Shown here piece after piece: positions 57,116-64,000 of a stretch of DNA of 64,000 bases; the first letter of the stretch is position 1; each line of letters opens with the position of its first letter. The translations under genes and the position numbers were made by a program. Below the pieces are notes generated by a model that saw only the letters and a program-made list of their open reading frames with translations, had not been told where the DNA came from and searched no databases. Source of the DNA: Octopus sinensis (lineage: Eukaryota). The stretch spans positions 27,652,001-27,716,000 of the forward strand of contig NC_042999.1 in assembly GCF_006345805.1 (NCBI RefSeq), written 5' to 3'.

Positions 57116-57720
57116 AAGTAATATTTCGGAGCAGGCGCTTGGCGTGAATGCGTGAATTATATTTTTCCTGTTGGAGCAGCATCTTTAAGAAACTTTCACA
57201 TGACGTCTATCAAAATCTTTCTTATATCTATGATTATCTGGGAAATGCTCATTTACCAAGTTGAGGAATTTTCTACTTACATTGGTCTTAACATTCAAAG
57301 AGATGTGAGTGGCGAACCATATAAACTTCTTACTCTATTTTCTATGGTTTGGTGTAAGCTAACTTCACTTTGAATTCACTGTTAACCAGGGATTGTTATA
57401 GCGAGGGGCTTCCTTACTCTTTTACTCTTTTACTTGTTTCACTCATTTGACTGCGGCCATGCTGGAGCACCGCCTTTAGTCTAACAAATCGACTCCAGGA
57501 CCTATTCTTTGTATGCCTAGCACTTAATCTATCAGTTTCTCTTGCCGAACCGCTAAGTTACGAGGACGTAAACACACCAGCATCGGTTGTCATGCGATGT
57601 TGGAGAGACAAACACAGACACACAAACACACACACACATATATATACATAATACATATACTCTTTTTACTCTTTACTTTTTCAGTCATTTGACTGCGGCC
57701 ATGCTGGAGCACCGCCTTTA

Positions 57721-57793
<73 letters not shown>

Positions 57794-58325
57794 ACGACGG
57801 TCTTCTTTTAGTTTCCGCCTACCAAATCCACTCACAAGGCTTTGGTCGGCCTGAGGCTATAGTAGAAGACATTTGCCCAAGGTGCCACGCAGTGGACTGA
57901 ACCCGGAACCATGTGGTTGGTAAGCCGGCTACTTACCACACAGCCACTTCTGCGCCACTCCTGATTGAATATTTCTTTAGAGGAGGGTGGGGATAAATAT
58001 CCCAGTACTAACATTATCAATAAAATTAAGGCAGCGAGTTGACAGAATCGTTAGCATGCTGGGCAAAATGCTTAGCGACATCACGCCCGACTTTACTTTC
58101 TAATTTCACATTCTACCGAGGTCGACTATACTTTTCATCCTTTTTGACTAAATAATTCATTATGTCAATAAAAGTTATAATATTATTATTGTTTTCTGTT
58201 AAATGTATACTCAATGTATGCTTAATATGTATTATTATCCTTCATTTTCTGAAAAAAAAAAGTTTAGATGGGATATTTTCATTCAAAGGTTATTAGCATA
58301 GTTCACTCCAAAACTGAAGAATCTG

Positions 58326-58759
58326 GGATCATTTCAGTTTGAACGGCAGTTTTTAACATAATTTCTAGGTAACTAAAAAAATTTTAAACTTCGTATACTG
58401 GTAGAATGTGTTTATAAAACATCTTTTTCTCTTGGCTTTATTGAGAAATTTCTATAGTTTGTAAGATATTTGTTGTTTTTTTTCTTCAATTTCTGCAATT
58501 TCAACCTATCATTGACGTCTATTGAGTTAAAAAGCATTCTGTGCCGTATGAATATGTCCCTCGTTTAAGAAACAGATTGGGTTTATTTACATTTGTGAAG
58601 AAAAAAAAGATACCCTTCCCCCACCCCTAATCCTAACCCTAACTCTAAGTAACCCTAAAACAGATTGAAATGCAATAGATCGATACTAGGGTCATAATTA
58701 TGGGTGACAATTTCATATGACATCGCAAGAAAAAACTGCCGTTCAAACCGAAAAGATCC
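58326..58759 (-). mobile_element. Same TTAGGG-bearing hAT MITE, reverse orientation
   Basis: TSD AGAATCTG/AGAAACTG. Confidence 0.85.
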
Positions 58760-58947
58760 AGAAACTGAAATAAAACAGAAAGGACGTTACACAGAATAAT
58801 GAAAACATAACAATGGTGTTGCCATAGTGCGCCAACCAGCTGGGAAAAGGTTTATCAAAATCAATTTACAGAAAACCCAGAAATCATAAAATTTCACTCC
58901 TAAGGTATTAGCGTGGTTCTTGATGTATATATAAATTTTTCACTATA

Positions 58948-59120
58948 GGCGCAGGAGTGGCTGTGTGGTAAGTAGCTTGCTTACCAACCACATGGTTTCG
59001 GGTTCAGTCCCACTGCGTGGCACTTTGGGCAAGTATCTTCTACTATGGCCTCGGGCCGACCAAAGCCTTGTGAGTGGATTTGGTAGATGGAAACTCAAAG
59101 AAGCTCGTCGTATATATGTG

Positions 59121-59173
<53 letters not shown>

Positions 59174-59357
59174 TTGTGTGTCTGTGTTTGTCCCCCTAGC
59201 ATTACTTGACAACTGATGCTGGTGTGTTTATTTCCCCGTAACTTAGCGATAGAATAAGTACTAGGCTTACAAAGAATAAGTCCTGGGGTCGATTTGCTCG
59301 ACTAACGGTGGTGCTCCAGCATGGCCACAGTCAAATGACTGAAACAAGTAAAAGAGT
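58948..59357 (+). mobile_element. tRNA-derived SINE family A (about 400 bp, internal (TA)/(TG) tract), representative copy
   Basis: Head GGCGCAGGAGTGGCTGTGTGGTAAG, B-box-like GGTTCAGTCCC, GTAAAAGA tail. Other copies at about 862-1270, 2385-2790, 14725-15130, 36915-37250, 43028-43230, 55261-55680, 57415-57960, 59840-60230, 60890-61310. Confidence 0.8.
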
Positions 59358-60571
59358 AGGTGTATGGTGGGGCTTGTTTCATTAGGTTTATGATAGGTAC
59401 CATATGATCCAATATGTCCTTGCTTTGGGATAACGGTAGAATAAGATATTTCTAGCAGATTGTATGATCAGAAAGAGACTTTGACATGGGATCGTTTGTA
59501 GTATGGTGATGTTGTTTAGCCCCAGGTCAACACTGATCGATCTATGATCAAGGGTGTCCCAGACACACAATCGGGCTTTTTTTTTTTTTTGTATTTACAT
59601 ACATTATCCAATGCGAACTTCTTTTTCAAGATTTTAGGGTGTGATTCGAAGGATATTTGGTTGCTATTTTCTGCCGATCTCTCGACCAGAACATCCAGCT
59701 ATTGTTATCACTGTTGCTGCTGCTACTGCTGTTATTGTTGTTGTCGTTGTTGTTTAGTTCGAAATCACCTCTGATTCAGCAGACCTGTGATATCAAAGGC
59801 TGTCTAATCATGACCATACCCCGACTACATTATCTCTTTTACTCTTTTACTCTTTTACTTGTTTCAGTCATTTGACTGCGGCCATGCTGGAGCACCACCT
59901 TTAGTCGAGCAAATCGACACGGGGACTTATTCTTTCTAAGCTCAGTACTTATTCTATCGGTCTATTTTGCCGAACCGCTAATTGACGGGGACGTAAACAC
60001 ACCAGCATCGGTTGTCAAGCAATGCTAGGGGGACGAACACAAACACACAAGACACATATATATATATACATATATACGACAGGCTTCTTTCAGTTTCCGT
60101 CTACCAAATCCACTCACAAGGCATTGGTCGGCCCGGGGCTATAGCAGAAGACACTTGCCCAATATGCCACGCAGTGGGACTGAACCCGGAACCATATGGT
60201 TGGTTAGCAAGCTACTTACCACACAGCCACTCACATTTCTTCCTCTCTTCTTTAATTTACTGAAGACGAGAGGGTGGTTTCGGAGATATGACAGAGATTT
60301 GACTTCTATTACTAGGACCTTGAAAGACCATATTGAGGTTTCTTCATTGGCTCGTGTCTGTAACATATTGTTTTCATGGCAAATGTTAGGGGAAGGGGGT
60401 ACGAATTCATATATTCACTGCCAACAGGGACGGTCGTATTGATATTCGATCTGTTAGGTGAACAAACAACTGGTGTCAGTATTGATGACAACTATTGAAT
60501 GTCAGAACAATTATTACAGGTGGCAGTACTAAACATGGTGTGTGTGTGTATGTACGTGTATGTTTGTGTGT

Positions 60572-60622
<51 letters not shown>

Positions 60623-61045
60623 TTTATACGAGCGTATAAGTGAAATAATAGCTTAAGAATTTGTCTGCGAGTGAGCTTGTGTGTGATTAATTACATATAT
60701 AGTCGTATCTAGATACACATACACACACATAAGAAAGTGCGTGCGTGCGTGTGTGTGTGTGTGTGTGCGCGCGTTTATATGTATGTGGGTGTGTGCACAA
60801 TGAAAAATGAACTGAACCGAGTACATCTTAATTCGTATTGAGTGTAATTCACCAAAGAGCTCAACGAAGATTTACAAAATTATACGTAGGAGTGACTGTG
60901 TGGTAAGAAGCTTGCTTACCAACCACATGGTTCCGGGTTCAGTCCCACTGCGTGGCACTTTGGGCAAGTGTCTTCTACTATAGCCTCGGGCCGATCAAAA
61001 CCTTGTGAGTGGATTTGGTAGACGGAAACTGAAAGAAGCCCGTCG

Positions 61046-61092
<47 letters not shown>

Positions 61093-62229
61093 ATATGTCT
61101 GTGTGTCTGTGTTTGTTCCCCCAACGTCGCTTGACAACCGATGCTGGTGTGTTTACGTCTCCGTAACTTAGCGGTTCGGCAAAAGTGACTGATAGAATAA
61201 GTACTAGGCTTACAACGAATAAGTCTTGGGGTTGTTATGTTCGACTAAAGGCAGTGCTCCAGCATGGCCACAGGCAAATGACTGAAACAAGTAAAAGAGT
61301 AAAGGAGTAAAAAGTTGTGAGTATTATGGACGGTAATGATATACATCCTCAGTAAAGGAAAAATAAACTAGAAAATGAAGCTACAATGTGCCATAGTAAA
61401 TACAGTATGTGTCCACAGCCTCATAAAATATTCTAGAGACAACATATTACTTCGATGCAAACAATTTCTTAAGCTGACCAAAGACGTACATGCATATCTG
61501 GGAATCAGAACGATCAATATATGTTGGTGGCTAGTAATTTTATCTTGAGATTCTTCAGATCGAGGAAATATTTAATGAGTTTTAACGTACTTTTTACGTA
61601 TTTCTAATAAATACGTATTTCTAATAAAAATGAATTTTTTTTATTAGAAATGAGTCTTTGAGAATATAATAAGTAGTGGTAGTAACAGAAGTCGGTAATA
61701 TTTTCAACAAATAGTTATCCATCAACTCCTTATCATTATTGTTATCACCACACACACACACATGCATAAATACATATGCGTGCGCGTGCACACACATGAG
61801 TTAAGAGAAATAACTAAAAAGGTACACTGGATAAAATGTTAATTGTTTGCAAATTGTTTTTGTTACATGTTATTTTGTGTTCTGAATACTTTTATCTTAA
61901 TAAATGTTGCTTACTGCAAGTTATGGATGATTCTTTTATGACTTCATTGCTTTCAGGCTTAGCTTAAGGTATTTTCGCGCCCAACATCACAAAATGTGTC
62001 TGAATAAACATTGCAGGGCAGTAAATTGAGACTCGGACATTGCTTAGAAAATATTTTTCATCTTTAACCTCGTATATAGTACGCACTAGGGATTTTGACC
62101 ATTAAATTTTGGGGAAAAAATGCGGATTATACTCGAGGATTTATGGTATGTAAAAACATTGTTAAATACATTTTTAGTCAGCAGTAATTTGCATTATTAA
62201 GATTGAAATAATTGAAGAATTTATTCTGG

Positions 62230-64000
62230 ACAATTTTCGTCTTTGTATATGCTGGCCCTCGAGCTACAACTTCAGAACTTGAACAGCTCTCCAGTTACTA
62301 TTGTAGTAACAGGAACATCCAACTGGGGTTCGAGAGGCTCATGTCTGTGTATGTCCTGATTCTTGAACAGGGCAAATGAAGTTGGCGCCATTGTAAAGAA
62401 GACGAGACGATAGCAGAAGCTAAAATCAATCCAAACTGGTAGGTGGACTTGTAGGTTGGTAATTTTAGAGAATCTATACCTATTTCTTTACTACCCACAA
62501 GGGGCGAAACACAGAGGGGACAAACAAGGACAGACAAACGGATTAAGTCGATTATATCGACCCCAGTGCGTAAATGGTATTTTATTTATGGACCCCGAAA
62601 CGATGAAAGGCAAAGTCGACCTCGGCGGAATTTGAACTCAAAACGTAGCAGCAGACGAAATACCTATTTCTTTACTACCCACAAGGGGCAAAACACAGAA
62701 GAGACAAACAAGGACAGACAAACGGACTAAGTCGATTATATCGACCCCAGTGCGTAAATGGTACTTAATTTATCGACCCCGAAAGGATGAAAGGCAAAGT
62801 CGACCTCGGCGGAATTTGAACTCAGAACGTAACGGCAGACGAAATACGGCTACGCATTTCGCCCGGCGTGCTAACGTTTCTGCCAACGTCACTGGTACTG
62901 GATCGATAGTCTGGTAAAGCTACTCGAGATCTGGTTCGGTTTATACCTTGAGTTAGACCGAATATAGGACGAGGTAAAGAAAAAGCGGTTAGTATTACGC
63001 AGATGAACCAAGAAGAAGCTGGTCAAAACCTGGCAAAGGTGGTGAATGCCTTCATCATCTCCGTTATCGTTAACCGCCCGCTGTCACGCCTTTCTGCAGT
63101 TTCCGTTCGATCGGACTGGAAGGTTTGTTTTTCATATTCTTATGGAAGAATCATGTTCTGCTGGTCGAGCAGTTTGTCTGCTGGCAGAACTTTCTATATG
63201 GCGAGTTAGGGATGGCTTGGCTGTTGATTCTCAGACGCATGCGTCAGTTGCTGTCTTTGGTAAATCAAAGACGGAAACTGTTGCATTGTATCTTTAACTA
63301 GCAGTATCGCCCGGCGTTGCTCGGGTTTGTAAGGGAAATAACTATATAAGCATTTTTAGAGATGTAAAGTATAATAGCCATCTCAATATGGCTAACCACA
63401 AAGGGTGGGGTGTTACTGTAGCTTTTTACGTTCTGAGATTTAATGATAAATTTTTAGAGAGTTACTTCCCTTATATATGCCAAATATGCATTAAAAATGG
63501 GAAAAATTGATGGTAATTTTTTTAAAATCATAGACTCATCGTAGACGCGCGCTAATACTCAGAAGGGCTTGATATGAATCACGACTATAAGATGCCCGGT
63601 TTTGGTTAAACTGCACCGCAAAATGTGGGAGTAGTTAGGAATCTAAATCGTAGGAGACACAGCACACAACCTCTCTTTTATATATAAAGATGTCGCAGGA
63701 CGTTCTCTGCTGTCTACTAGTCGGCAACGGGTTCGGTGAATGTTCCACACTAGCAATTTATAGAAAGTAACGACATTCTCGGGGACGCTCTGGGCGTCAA
63801 CATGAACGAGATAGTTTATCTGTTCAGGAGGACTTTGAAATTGGGGACTACTATAGAAATAACTTCTATAAGTCATTGGCTTGGCAGCGCTGCCGAGAAG
63901 CGTTACCAGTTTGAGATTAACTCTACAGGCCTGGAAGTGCTGTCAGACGGGCCAACTTAAGATGTGTTAAGAGTATCAAAACTTTTCTAGACGCATTTGT
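62230..64000 (+). mobile_element. Highly degenerate L1/Tx1-like ORF2 remnant, split by a SINE (62478-62886) and a Helitron (63298-63690)
   Basis: SSLYMLALE (SPLLYVLALE-like), EAKINP..VDL.VG, AKVVNAFIISV. Confidence 0.5.
63298..63690 (-). mobile_element. Non-autonomous Helitron, family 2
   Basis: Reverse-complement copy of 22052-22446, inserted at A|T. Confidence 0.8.

Overview
AT-rich, repeat-saturated eukaryotic DNA, most likely from an Octopus species (inferred from the SINE families and microsatellite load, not searched). The one host gene is the 3' part of KATNAL2 (katanin p60-like 2, AAA ATPase). Ten + strand exons (4045-33300) with canonical GT/AG sites join into an open 348-aa C-terminal portion; the 5' exons lie upstream of the window. 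The rest is tRNA-type SINEs, LINE remnants (RTE, Dong/R4, L1/Tx1), Penelope-like element (PLE) remnants, non-autonomous Helitrons, hAT/piggyBac MITEs, a Tc1 fragment and long microsatellites. The main unexplained signal is a set of type I hammerhead ribozyme (HHR) folds with palindromic helix III. A non-coding element at 16950-18158 in a KATNAL2 intron carries three copies of a near-canonical HHR: one inverted and two tandem sense copies whose cleavage sites are 551 nt apart (retrozyme/PLE pLTR-like). Further HHRs lie at 44768 (+), 45305 (-) and 7540 (+), with degenerate variants at 10466, 10669, 13316 and 25423. Long DNA palindromes are also frequent. All folds were derived by eye and no activity is shown.
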